NCBI GenBank assembly: GCA_964016885.1 | Contig: OZ024766.1 | Coordinates: 19,158,001 to 19,222,000 of the forward strand | Reading direction: 5' to 3' | DNA: 64,000 nucleotides | From: Eledone cirrhosa | Taxonomy: Eukaryota | Part shown: one piece after another, positions 38,956 through 51,689 of the stretch | Position numbering within the stretch: position 1 is the stretch's first letter | Layout: every line of letters starts with the position of its first letter | The notes under the pieces: model-generated | The model's input: only the letters and a program-made list of their open reading frames with translations | What the model was told of the DNA's origin: nothing | Database searches by the model: none | Program-made: the position numbers and the translations under genes

Positions 38956-41045
38956 ATATAGAGTAATGCAAATATTATGTAAGATATTATGTGAGGTAAA
39001 GCCTTCACTGTGACAATACAATAGTATATATAGAGTAATGTAAATGCTATGTGAGATATTATGTGAGGTAAAGCCTTTACTGTGACAATACAATAGTATA
39101 TATAGAGTAATGTAAATGCTATGTGAGATATTATGTGAGGTAAAGCCTTTACTGTGACAATACAATAGTATATATAGAGTAATGTAAATGTTATGTGAGG
39201 TAAAGCCTTTACTGTGACAATACAATAGTATATATAGAGTAATGTAAATGCTATGTGAGATATTGCCTTTACTGTGACAATACAATAGTATATATAGAGT
39301 AATGTAAATGTTATGTGAGATATTATGTGAGGTAAAGCCTTTACTGTGACAATACAATAGTATATATAGAGTAATGTAAATGTTATGTGAGGTATTATGT
39401 GAGGTAAAGCCTTTACTGTGAAAATACAATAGTATATATAGAGTAATGTAAATGTTATGTGAGATATTATGTGAGGTAAAGCCTTTACTGTGACAATACA
39501 ATAGTATATATAGAGTAATGTAAATGTTATGTGAGATATTATGTGGGGTAAGGCCTTTACTGTGACAATACAATAGTATATATAGAGTAATGTAAATGTT
39601 ATGTGAGATATTATGTGAGGTAAAGCCTTTACTGTGACAATACAATAGTATATATAGAGTAATGTAAATGTTATGTGAGATATTATGTGAGGTAAAGCCT
39701 TTACTGCAAAAATACAATAGTATATATAGAGTAATGTAAATGTTATGTGAGATATTATGTGAGGTAAAGCCTTTACTGTGAAAATACAATAGTATATATA
39801 GAGTAATGTAAATGTTATGTGAGATGTTATGTGAGGTAAAGCCTTTACTGTGACAATACAATAGTATATATAGAGTAATGTAAATGTTATGTGAGATATT
39901 ATGTGAGGTAAGGCCTTTACTGTGACAATACAATAGTATATATAGAGTAATGTAAATGTTATGTGAGGTGTTATGTGAGGTAAAGCCTTTACTGTGAAAA
40001 TACAATAGTATATATAGAGTAATGTAAATGTTATGTGAGATATTATGTGAGGTAAAGCCTTTACTGTGACAATACAATAGTATATATAGAGTAATGTAAA
40101 TGTTATGTGAGATATTATGTGGGGTAAGGCCTTTACTGTGACAATACAATAGTATATATAGAGTAATGTAAATGTTATGTGAGATATTATGTGAGGTAAA
40201 GCCTTTACTGTGACAATACAATAGTATATATAGAGTAATGTAAATGTTATGTGAGATATTATGTGAGGTAAAGCCTTTACTGTGAAAATACAATAGTATA
40301 TATAGAGTAATGTAAATGTTATGTGAGATATTATGTGAGGTAAAGCCTTTACTGTGAAAATACAATAGTATATATAGAGTAATGTAAATGTTATGTGAGA
40401 TGTTATGTGAGGTAAAGCCTTTACTGTGACAATACAATAGTATATATAGAGTAATGTAAATGTTATGTGAGATATTATGTGAGGTAAGGCCTTTACTGTG
40501 ACAATACAATAGTATATATAGAGTAATGTAATGTTATGTGAGATATTATGTGAGGTAAAGCCTTTACTGTGACAATACAATAGTATATATAGAGTAATGT
40601 AAATGTTATGTGAGATATTATGTGAGGTAAAGCCTTTACTGTGACAATACAATAGTATATATAGAGTAATGTAAATGTTATGTGAGATATTATGTGAGGT
40701 AAAGCCTTTACTGTGACAATACAATAGTATATATAGAGTAATGTAAATGTTATGTGAGGTATTATGTGAGGTAAAGCCTTTACTGTGACAATACAATAGT
40801 ATATATAGAGTAATGTAAATGTTATGTGAGATATTATGTGAGGTAAAGCCTTTACTGTGACAATACAATAGTATATATAGAGTAATGTAGATGTTATGTG
40901 AGATATTATGTGAGGTAAAGCCTTTACTGTGACAATACAATAGTATATATAGAGTAATGTAAATGTTATGTGAGGTATTATGTGAGGTAAAGCCTTTACT
41001 GTGACAATACAATAGTATATATAGAGTAATGTAACTGCTAAAGGG
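38955..41045. mobile_element. MITE family A array (~29 72-bp units) plus right terminus
   Basis: Ends TGCTAAAGGG|TTAA at 41045-41049. Confidence 0.85.
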
Positions 41046-41689
41046 TTAACGCTTGATATAGTAGGAAAAGAGTCTTAACACTTCGGACACTAGTCCTTTA
41101 TCAGAAGATAGTGAAAAGAGAAATGAATATATATGTGTGTGTATGTAAAAAGTAAACAGAAACAACAAAGTAAATGACACAGTACAATAAAGAAATATGT
41201 TTGGAAAAGAGTGTTGATGTTTCAGAAAATAGTCCTTCGTCAGAAAATAGAATGAGAAGAGAAAGAAATGGAGAAATGTTTTGTTTTTTTTTATATATAA
41301 AAACCACGTGTATATTCAGTCAACTATATGAAAACGAACACAGGCTGGCCAACCAATGAAATGTTGGCACAGAATGAAAGACTCGAATTCACAATCCATT
41401 TTTCTTTTCTTTTTTTTTTTTTTTTTTTTTTTTATTTTTATTTTTTCCAAATTTCAGATCAAGACATTTATTGCTTTGTCGATAACAAGGAATAAATTTG
41501 CATAAATTTGCATAAATTTATTTATTTAAATTAATTAATTTATTACATTTTCCAATTAATTTCTTTTGTGTATTTTTATTTATATATTTCTGGCTTTTTT
41601 TTTTTAATTTACATATATTTATTCATTTATTTATATATATATTTATTTTTTTTTAATAGATTTTCTTTACCGTATTTCCCTCGGGTCAA

Positions 41690-42370
41690 AGACACTGGCG
41701 TTTTTGACACCTTCGTTGACATTATGACGTCAAAGGCAGTGACGTTTTGAACGCTGACGTCAAAGACAGACGTATTTTTACGCCGCCGTTGACGCTATGA
41801 CGTCAGAGGCGGTGATGTTTTTGACTATATGACGTAAAAAGTGACTTTTTTTTACGTCAAAGGCAGTGACGTTTTTGACGTCATCGACACTATGACGCCA
41901 AAGGCAGTGACGTTTTGAACATTGACGTCAAAGACAGGCGTATTTTTACGTCGCCGTTGACGCTATGACGTCAGAGGCGGTGATGTTTTTGACATTATGA
42001 CGTAAAAAGTGACGTTTTTGACGTCAAAGGCAGTGACGTTTTTGACGTCGTCGATACTATGACGCCAAAGGCAGTGACGTTTTTGACATTATGACGTGAA
42101 AAGTAACGTTTTCGACGTCGTCGACATTATGACATCAAAGGCAGCGACGTGTTCGACGTCGTCGACATTATGACGTCAATGTCAGCGACGTTTTCGACGT
42201 CGTCGACATTATGACGTCAAAGGCAGCGAGGTTTTCGACGTCGTCGACATTATGACGTCAAAATGCATGACGTTTTTGACACTTTAACGTCGCCGACATG
42301 ACACTATTATTGCCAGAGTCGACGGGTATCTCTAACGATAGCGACGTCGTTGACGTTCCAACGTCAGTGA
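41690..42370. repeat. CpG-rich degenerate repeat with ~10 TGACGTCA palindromes and GACGTCGTCGAC motifs
   Basis: TGACGTCA near 41725, 41756, 41799, 41876, 41923, 41966, 42019, 42171, 42212 and 42253. There is a ~167-bp duplication, then ~41-bp units. Confidence 0.85.
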
Positions 42371-42524
42371 CCTTCCAGCCTCAAAGACACTCCAGCGTTA
42401 AATATATTCTAACATATCAGGCTATATTCACTTTCTCAACATCGGCCCTTATGCCCACAACAGGGCCCCTGGTTGCCCCAAAGAAAATAAATTAATTGGG
42501 TGGGATCTGAAATTCTAGACCTTT

Positions 42525-43620
42525 CAGCTTGAGGAGCTTAATATTAGGGCTCAGTGTTGTATAGCTTTGAGCTTGAAGAAACGAAGCGCTTAAGATTAGG
42601 GCTCCAAGTGTTGTATTGAGCTTGAAGAAACGAAGGGCTTAGCTTAAGATTAGGGCTCCAAGTGTTGTATAGCTTTGGGCTTGAAGAAACGAAGGGCTTA
42701 ATATTAGGGCTCCAAGTGTTGTATAGCTTTGGGCTTGAAGAAACGAAGCGCTTAAGATTAGGGCTCCAAGTGTTGTATAGCTTTGAGCTTGAAGAAACGA
42801 AGCGCTTAAGATTAGGGCTCCAAGTGTTGTATTGAGCTTGAAGAAACGAAGGGCTTAGCTTAAGATTAGGGCTCCAAGTGTTGTATAGCTTTGGGCTTGA
42901 AGAAACGAAGGGCTTAATATTAGGGCTCCAAGTGTTGTATAGCTTTGGGCTTGAAGAAACGAAGCGCTTAAGATTAGGGCTCCAAGTGTTGTATAGCTTT
43001 GAGCTTGAAGAAACGAAGCGCTTAAGATTAGGGCTCCAAGTGTTGTATAGCTTTGAGCTTGAAGAAACGAAGGGCTTAAGATTAGGGCTCCAAGTGTTGT
43101 ATAGCTTTGGGCTTGAAGAAACGAAGCGCTTAAGATTAGGGCTCCAAGTGTTGTATAGCTTTGGGCTTGAAGAAACGAAGCGCTTAAGATTAGGGCTCCA
43201 AGTGTTGTATAGCTTTGGGCTTGAAGAAACGAAGGGCTTAATATTAGGGCTCCAAGTGTTGTATTGAGCTTGAAGAAACGAAGGGCTTAGCTTAAGATTA
43301 GGGCTCCAAGTGTTGTATAGCTTTGGGCTTGAAGAAACGAAGCGCTTAAGATTAGGGCTCCAAGTGTTGTATAGCTTTGGGCTTGAAGAAACGAAGGGCT
43401 TAATATTAGGGCTCCAAGTGTTGTATTGAGCTTGAAGAAACGAAGGGCTTAGCTTAAGATTAGGGCTCCAAGTGTTGTATAGCTTTGGGCTTGAAGAAAC
43501 GAAGGGCTTAATATTAGGGCTCCAAGTGTTGTATTGAGCTTGAAGAAACGAAGGGCTTAGCTTAAGATTAGGGCTCCAAGTGTTGTATAGCTTTAAGCTT
43601 GAAGATGAGCTTAAGACTAG
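42525..43620. repeat. 54-bp minisatellite (~20 units)
   Basis: Unit TTAGGGCTCCAAGTGTTGTATAGCTTTGGGCTTGAAGAAACGAAGCGCTTAAGA with recurrent indel variants. Confidence 0.92.
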
Positions 43621-43779
43621 GGCTCTAAATGGTGTAATATTTGACCTTGAAGAAACAAAGAACTTAGAATTAGGATGGCGGGGGCTAAATGTTGTGGGCT
43701 TTCAGATTATAGCTTGAAGAGACGAAGGGCTCTGAGTGATGTGAATCTTTGAACTTAAAGACAAAGAGTCTAAGATTAA

Positions 43780-44660
43780 GGCTCTAAGTGTTGGGAGCTT
43801 TGAGCTCTGAGTGTTGTGAGCATTGAGCTTCGAGTATTGTGAGCTTTGAGCTCTAAGTGTTGTGAGCTTTGAGTCCTGAGTGTTGTGAGCTTTGAGCTTC
43901 GAGCTCTGAGTGTTGTTAACTTTGAGCTCTGAGTGTTGTTAACTTTGAGCTCTGAGTGTTGTTAACTTTGAGCTCTGAGTGTTGTTAACTTTGAGCTCTG
44001 AGTGTTAACTTTGAGCTCTGAGTGTTGCTAACTTTGAGCTCTGTGTGTTGTTAACTTCGAGCTCTGAGTGTTGTTAACTTTGAGCTCTGAGTGTTGCTAA
44101 CTTTGAGCTCTGTGTGTTGCTAACTTCGAGCTCTGAGTGTTGTTAACTTTGAGCTCTGAGTGTTGTTAACTTTGAGCTCTGAGTGTTGTGAGCTTTTGAG
44201 CTCTGAGTGTTAACTTTGAGCTCTGAGTGTTAATTTTGAGCTGAGTGTTGTTAACTTCGAGCTCTGAGTGTTGTTAACTTTGAGCTCTGAGTGTTGCTAA
44301 CTTTGAGCGTTGTTAACTTCGAGCTCTGAGTGTTGCTAACTTTGAGCTCTGAGTGTTGTTAACTTTGAGCTTTGAGTGTTGTTAACTTTGAGCTTTGAGT
44401 GTTGTTAACTTTGAGCTCTGAGTGTTGTTAACTTCGAGCTCTGAGTGTTGTTAACTTTGAGCTCTGAGTGTTGTGAGCTTTTGAGCTCTGAGTGTTGCTA
44501 ACTTTGAGCTCTGAGTGTTGTGAGCTTTTGAGCTCTGAGTGTTGCTAACTTTGAGCTCTGAGCGTTGTGAGCTTTTGAGCTCTGAGTGTTAACTTTGAGC
44601 TCTGAGTGTTGCTAACTTTGAGCTCTGAGCTCTGAGTGTTGTGAGCTTTTGAGCTTTGAG
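43780..44660. repeat. 23-bp minisatellite (~37 units) related to the adjacent 54-bp unit
   Basis: Unit TTTGAGCTCTGAGTGTTGTTAAC. Confidence 0.92.
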
Positions 44661-44864
44661 GACGAAGGGGAAATGTTCCAGGTTTAAGATCTCTCTTGTG
44701 GGGGGGGGAAATAAAGGCCAGTATATTTGACTGCAGGGAAACACGGCAGCTGGTGTTTTAGGGTACAGCTACATATGAATATCGATAGGTTATAGATTGA
44801 CTAATGAGAAAACAATTGACAAAAGATTTTTTACCATCGTGGGACCCGAGAGGAAAGAGAATCG

Positions 44865-45490
44865 TGGGTGGGGAAGGGAGGGGGTTACTGGATTGGAGTT
44901 ATAGGGTTTATCAGGGGGGTGTTTAGGCCAAGTTACTGTAGTACTAGGGTTAGGGGTAGGGGTGTACTAGGATCGGGGAGGGGGGCTTATACTGGGTCGG
45001 GTTTACTGGATCCTGGGGCGGGGGGTATACTGGTTTACTGCAGATGGGGATGGGGACAAGATGAGGGGTGGGTATGTTAGGGGGTGGATGTAGGATGGAA
45101 TTGGGATAAGGGGGAAGTATGTTAAGGGGGAGGGGTCTAGGGTGGGGTATATGTTTGGGGGAGGGTGCAAGAGTCGGTATATGTTAGGGTGGGGGTACAT
45201 GTTAGGGTGGGGGCGACTAGGGTGGGGTATATGTTTGGGGGAGGGTGCAAGGGTGGGTATATGTTAGGGTGGGGGTACATGTTAGGGTGGGGGTATATGT
45301 TTGGGAGTGGGGACTAGGGTGGGGTATATGTTTGGGGGTGGGCGCAAGGGTGGGTATATGTTAGGGTGGGGGTATATGTTTGGGGGTGGGGACTAGGGTG
45401 GGGTATATGTTTGGGGGAGGGTGCAAGGGTGGGGTATATGTTTGGGGAAGGGTGCACGGGTGGAATGGGGGTGAGGTGGGGACAGGGGGT
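44865..45490 (+). repeat. G-rich degenerate repeat (GTTAGGGTGGGGGTATATGTTTGGGGG), potential G-quadruplex
   Basis: Dense runs of 3-7 G separated by short loops. Confidence 0.7.
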
Positions 45491-45737
45491 CCAAAAATGC
45501 TAATTCTCTGCAAGGAAGAGAATATATATATGAAATATTTGAACATTGAAAAAAAAAAAGGGGCCAAAGAATCTGAAGGCAAAAACCCTAAACATTTTTG
45601 TTTTATCAACAGCAAAACCCTGTATAATATGTCTTATACAGTCACTTATGTGTATATATATATATATGTATATGTATATATATATGTATGTATATATATA
45701 TTATTATATATACACATACATATATATATACACTCCA

Positions 45738-45776
<39 letters not shown>

Positions 45777-45943
45777 GAGATGTTATTAGTTAAATCTAGT
45801 ATAACTATTATAAAACTTAGAACTCAATACTTAAAAAAGTAGAATACAGTTCCTATAGTTCATAAATTATAAGGATTTTCTGCCCTACAGCCAAGCTTTT
45901 ACTCTTACCATTTCCATAACAACATATATACATACATACACAC

Positions 45944-46003
<60 letters not shown>

Positions 46004-46084
46004 ATATATACATATACATATATATATACACATATACATATATATATATATATACACACAATCACATATGTGAGTTTGTATATA

Positions 46085-46185
46085 CAGGAAGTCCTAAAAA
46101 AATGTATACACACTTTGATTAACTATACAGGCATTATTTATGAAAATGCTGTTGAAGTGTGTATATATTTTTGGGGGACACCTTG
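46085..46185. mobile_element. ~100-bp Tc1/mariner-type MITE
   Basis: TA|CAGGAAGTCCTAAAAAAATGTATACACACTT ... AAGTGTGTATATATTTTTGGGGGACACCTTG|TA: imperfect ~31-bp TIRs with TA flanks. Confidence 0.65.
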
Positions 46186-46215
46186 TATATATACACACAC
46201 ACACATATATGCGTG

Positions 46216-46242
<27 letters not shown>

Positions 46243-46246
<4 letters not shown>

Positions 46247-46700
46247 ATACTTTGGGAGGGTGATGTTGCCAATAAGAAGCACATGCACCAGTTGCTTTCA
46301 CTTCAATTTATTATATTATAATAAATTTATAAATTTCTGGTTGGTTGGTTGGTTCCACAACCAGATAGTTGTTTATATATAGTCAAAGTTCTTTCGTCAC
46401 ACATTCTGCGACCTCTTCAGTGACTGGGAATTCTTTTCTTTGTTTTTGTGTCTCTCCTTTGTTCTGTCCTACGCCATTTTGTTTGTGTGTGTGTGTTGTG
46501 TGCTCAGTCTGCGCATGCGCCACATCCGGGTGTCTGTGTGTGTTTATATTTGTTTATTTATTTGTTTATTTACATGTTACCGGTTGGTTGTTTGTTCTAA
46601 ATTCCAAAATTTATAAATTTATTATAATATAATAAATTGGAGTGAAAGCAACTGGTGCGTGTGTTTCTTATTGGCAACATGACCCTCCCAAAGTATAACA
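46243..46700. mobile_element. 458-bp non-autonomous DNA transposon with ~93-bp TIRs (TGT...ACA, ATAT flanks; Ginger-like)
   Basis: Left TGTTATACTTTGGGAGGGTGATGTTGCCAATAAGAAGCAC... is the reverse complement of right ...GTTTCTTATTGGCAACATGACCCTCCCAAAGTATAACA. ATAT lies on both sides. Confidence 0.8.
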
Positions 46701-46786
46701 ATATCGGTTTCAACACACGTTTTCAGATAAAGAATCTTGCTAAACAAATTCAGAAACGAAATATATATATATATATACATACATAA

Positions 46787-46835
<49 letters not shown>

Positions 46836-46948
46836 CACATATCACTTAAAGCAAGGTTAAAAACATTTCGAAGAGAGAAAAAAATGTTTTCAAAGAACGG
46901 AAAAAAAATATATATATATATTCATATTATCATCATCATCATCAACAA

Positions 46949-46996
<48 letters not shown>

Positions 46997-47082
46997 AAGA
47001 TCCCATGACACATATATGTATAAAGAATATCGCAAAATCCTTAAAACTGGACACTGTTTTAGCAGGCAAAACCCAATCTTAA

Positions 47083-47400
47083 CCCCTTTGAAACCGAATC
47101 ACCAACAACCAGTCCCTTGTTTGTTCTACGATACCTTCGTTAAGTTACGTTCCAAACCACCCTTGGTTCTAGGATAAAAACAATTTATATTTATCTAAAA
47201 CATCCATATCATTAATTTTATGTAAGAACCTCTGTTAAGTTATGTTCCATTAGAAATATGGTAATGAAAGGGTTAAAGTGTTTATATTTATGTAGGAACC
47301 TTTGTTAAGTTATGTTCCATTAGAAATATGGTAATGAAAGGGTTAAAGTGTTTATATTTATCTAAAAAACCTTCCACCATAATTTTATCTAAGAACCTTT
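47083..47400. mobile_element. TTAA-type MITE family B with partial right-end duplication
   Basis: TTAA|CCCCTTTGAAACC ... GGTAATGAAAGGG|TTAA (~47272 and ~47342). The body matches 36480-36640. Confidence 0.7.
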
Positions 47401-47404
47401 GTTA

Positions 47405-48460
47405 AAGGTAAAGTTAGTCTTAGCCTATTAAATCTACCCCAGTATGTCACTGGTACTATATTTTATCAACCCCAGAAGTATGAAAGGTAAAGTTAGTCTT
47501 AGCCTATTAAATCTACCCCAGTATGTCACTGGTACTATATTTTATCAACCCCAGAAGTATGAAAGGTAAAGTTAATCTTAGTCTATTAAATCTACCCCAG
47601 TATTTCACTGGTACTATATTTTATCAACCCCAGAAGTATGAAAGGTAAAGTTAGTCTTAGTCTATTAAATCTACCCCAGTATGTCACTGGTACTATATTT
47701 TATCAACCCCAGAAGTATGAAAGGTAAAGTTAGTCTTAGTCTATTAAATCTACCCCAGTATGTCACTGGTACTGTATTTTATCAACCCCAGAAGTATGAA
47801 AGGTAAAGTTAGTCTTAGTCTATTAAATCTACCCCAGTATGTCACTGGTACTATATTTTATCAACCCCAGAAGTATGAAAGGTAAAGTTAGTCTTAGCCT
47901 ATTAAATCTACCCCAGTATGTCACTGGTACTATATTTTATCAACCCCAGAAGTATGAAAGGTAAAGTTAATCTTAGTCTATTAAATCTACCCCAGTATTT
48001 CACTGGTACTATATTTTATCAACCCCAGAAGTATGAAAGGTAAAGTTAGTCTTAGTCTATTAAATCTACCCCAGTATGTCACTGGTACTATATTTTATCA
48101 ACCCCAGAAGTATGAAAGGTAAAGTTAGTCTTAGTCTATTAAATATACCCCAGTATGTCACTGGTACTATATTTTATCAACCCCAGAAGTATGAAAGGTA
48201 AAGTTAGTCTTAGCCTATTAAATCTACCCCAGTATGTCACTGGTACTATATTTTATCAACCCCAGAAGTATGAAAGGTAAAGTTAGTCTTAGCCTATTAA
48301 ATTTACCCCAGTATGTCACTGGTACTATATTTTATCAACCCTTGAAGAATGAAAGGTAAAGTTAACCTCGGCGGGATTTTAACTCAGAACGTAAAGGGCC
48401 ATATCTCTATGCTGCAAAGCATGGTGTCTGGTGCTCTACCGACCCCTACCAATCCACCAC
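47405..48460 (-). mobile_element. SINE family 2 copy with ~12 tandem 79-bp internal units
   Basis: Unit AAAGGTAAAGTTAGTCTTAGTCTATTAAATCTACCCCAGTATGTCACTGGTACTATATTTTATCAACCCCAGAAGTATG runs into GAAAGGTAAAGTTAACCTCGGCGGGATTTTAACTC, the reverse complement of the 15181 SINE. Confidence 0.8.
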
Positions 48461-48544
48461 TCATAATAATAATAATAATAATAATAATTTTAATGACCAC
48501 TCACAGTGCTGCAGCTGAGACTGATGTGTGTGTGTGTGTGTGTA

Positions 48545-48602
<58 letters not shown>

Positions 48603-48617
48603 AATATATATATGTAT

Positions 48618-48651
<34 letters not shown>

Positions 48652-48699
48652 ATATATACATATATATATATACATATATATATACATATATATAGATAG

Positions 48700-48730
<31 letters not shown>

Positions 48731-49014
48731 CATACATATATATAGATATATATATACATATACAGGTTGACACTTAGATACACACACACATATATATACA
48801 TAAGTATACATCTATATAGGTATGTATGTGTGTGTGTGTGTGTGTGTGTCTGGCGAAAAAGTCAACAAGAAAAACAAGCGCCCTCTATATATAAATGGAG
48901 CTTATATATATACATATTATAATTTGTACACACGATATTATATTTTCAACCCATGGTTTCATGAACAGACAACACTTGCAAAAGAGCAAGTGAAGGTTAT
49001 TTTCCCTAGCTATA

Positions 49015-49660
49015 ATCATCATAATCATCATCACCGTTTTACGTCCGTTCTTCCACGCTAGCATGGGTTAGACGGGTTGTCCTGTTGTGGGCAGTGTCCT
49101 GTCGGCTGACCATGTCTTGCTCATACAGGAACTGATTCTGGCTTGATTTCTACAGCTGGATGCCCTTCCTAACACCAACCTCATTTACAGTGAGTGCTGG
49201 GTGCTTTTTTGCTGTGGCACCTCCACGACCACTTTACAGTGAGTGCTGGGTGCTTTTTCGTGGCGCCTACACGTCCACTTTACAGTGTGGGCTGGGTGCT
49301 TTTTTTGCTGTGGCACCTCCACGACCACTTTACAGTGAGTGCTGGGTGCTTTTTTGCTGTGGCACCTCCACGACCACTTTACAGTGTGGGCTGGGTGCTT
49401 TTTTTGCTGTGGCACCTCCACGACCACTTTACACTGAGTGCTTTTTCGTGGCGCCTACACGTCCACTTTACAGTGTGGGCTGGGTGCTTTTTTGCCGTGG
49501 CACCTCCACGTCCACTTTACAGTGGGAGGGTGTGGGGGCATATTGTCTATATGCTTCAGCTTGTACCCATGGGAGGTCGGGTACTCTGTATTACTGCGTG
49601 ACGCCAGAGGTCACGGTCGTGTGTCATTGCCTTTGAGAGGTGTAATCGGGTAAGGTCAGC
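49015..49660 (-). mobile_element. Chimeric retroelement 3' part: RTE family 2 ORF end + ~7 49-bp units + (GAT)n tail
   Basis: Colinear with 35815-36090 and with the SINE 1 segment GAGGTTGGTGTTAGGAAGGGCATCCAGCTGTAGAAATCAAGCCAGAATCAGTTCC, but has a different tail. Confidence 0.75.
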
Positions 49661-49756
49661 GATATACGAATTATAATAAATATATATAATACAAAGCCCC
49701 AGCCTGTGTTTGGTTGGGGTGTTTTGGTTATATAACTGAGGAAATAATTACTTTAA

Positions 49757-49910
49757 CCCTTTAATGTTCAAACCGGCCAAAACCGGCCAGAATTCTCTAC
49801 CGTTTTCTGTTGAAACTGGCTGTAACTGGTCGCTCATACTGATGTTAAGGTATTGTTCTCAGAATAAATACTTTCAAAATCTTATAGATTCGATATTTTG
49901 TGAGATATTT
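49757..49910. mobile_element. MITE family A terminal fragment (no array)
   Basis: TTAA|CCCTTTAATGTTCAAACCGGCC...; reverse complement of 56760-56887. Confidence 0.8.
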
Positions 49911-50052
49911 ATGCGTTATGTATATATCATCGTCAATTGCATAATTAAAGAAATTATGAAATCTACCCTTCATATTGTATTATTAATGAATTTGTTATAT
50001 ATATATACACACACACAGACACACATATATATATATATACACACACACACAG

Positions 50053-50095
<43 letters not shown>

Positions 50096-50366
50096 GACAC
50101 ATATATATACACACACACACACACAGACATATATATATATATATATACACACACATATATATATACACTCACACACACACATACATATATACATATATAC
50201 ACTCACACACACACAAATATATACACACATATACAGTGCATGTATGTTTACTTGTAAGCTCACCTCACACCTCTGCCTCCCCCCCCCCCCGTCATTATAT
50301 ATCACTATAGCAACAAAAAACAAAAATATATAACAACAACAACAGCAACAAAAACAAATTTTTAAC

Positions 50367-50408
<42 letters not shown>

Positions 50409-50526
50409 ATAACAATAATAATGTTTTGTGGTACACTGTCAGCATTTAGGGAGAGGGAAGTTGATTAAATCTACCTTCCTTAAGTTATGTTCCAGTATTT
50501 TGCTGGTACTTCGTTTTTTCAACTCT

Positions 50527-51275
50527 AGACTTAGCCTATTAAATCTACCCCAGTATGTCACTGGTACTATATTTTATCAACCCCAGAAGTATGAAAGGTA
50601 AAGTTAGTCTTAGTCTATTAAATCTACCCCAGTATATCACAGGTACTATATTTTATCAACCCCAGAAGTATGAAAGGTAAAGTTAGTCTTAGTCTATTAA
50701 ATCTGCCCCAGTATGTCACTGGTACTATATTTTATCAACCCCAGAAGTATGAAAGGTAAAGTTAGTCTTAGTCTATTAAATCTACCCCAGTATATCACAG
50801 GTACTATATTTTATCAACCCCAGAAGTATGAAAGGTAAAGTTAGTCTTAGTCTATTAAATCTGCCCCAGTATGTCACTGGTACTATATTTTATCAACCCC
50901 AGAAGTATGAAAGGTAAAGTTAGTCTTAGTCTATTAAATCTACCCCAGTATGTCACTGGTACTATATTTTATCAACCCCAGAAGTATGAAAGGTAAAGTT
51001 AGTCTTAGCCTATTAAATCTACCCCAGTATGTCACTGGTACTATATTTTATCAACCCCAGAAGTATGAAAGGTAAAGTTAGTCTTAGACTATTAAATCTA
51101 CCCCAGTATGTCACTGGTACTATATTTTATCAACCCCAGAAGTATGAAAGGTAAAGTTAGTCTTAGTCTATTAAATCTACCCCAGTATGTCACTGGTACT
51201 ATATTTTATCAACCCCAGAAGTATGAAAGGTAAAGTTAGTCTTAGTCTATTAAATCTACCCCAGTATGTCACTGG
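50527..51275. repeat. 79-bp SINE-2-derived tandem array (~9.5 units)
   Basis: Same unit as 47405-48345. Confidence 0.9.
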
Positions 51276-51689
51276 ACAGTGGGTGGGAGGGGTGTAGTTA
51301 GGTGAGTGGGGGGAGACTGTGAGGGGGGGAGAGGTTGAAGTTAGGTGTGTGTGTTGGGGGGGAGGGGTCTGAACACTGTGGGAGGGGATGATATGGAGTT
51401 TGGTGGGTGGGTATGTGTGGAGATAGTGGGATGGTAGAACGGTGGAGTTTTCGTGAGGTGGGTGAAAACAGTGGGAGGGGGGTGGGGAATTCGGGTGAGT
51501 TTTTAGCTGCTGTTTCTAGCATCTTGAATAATCAGTGGAGGGAGGCAGGTTTGCTGGAGGAGTTTCTTCGAGTGGGAGGGTAATGGGTTGCAGGGGGAGG
51601 GGGGAAAAGGAAAGGAAAGAAATAGGGGAAGGTAGGGGGGGGGGGTGAAATTGTCCACCCATTTTCCTAGCAGCTGTCCAATTTTCAAC

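Noticed and set aside
44945-45410. Interstitial telomere (TTAGGG; also CCCTAACCCTAA at 21575)
   Set aside because: These are isolated hexamers within a G-rich minisatellite, not tandem telomeric arrays.
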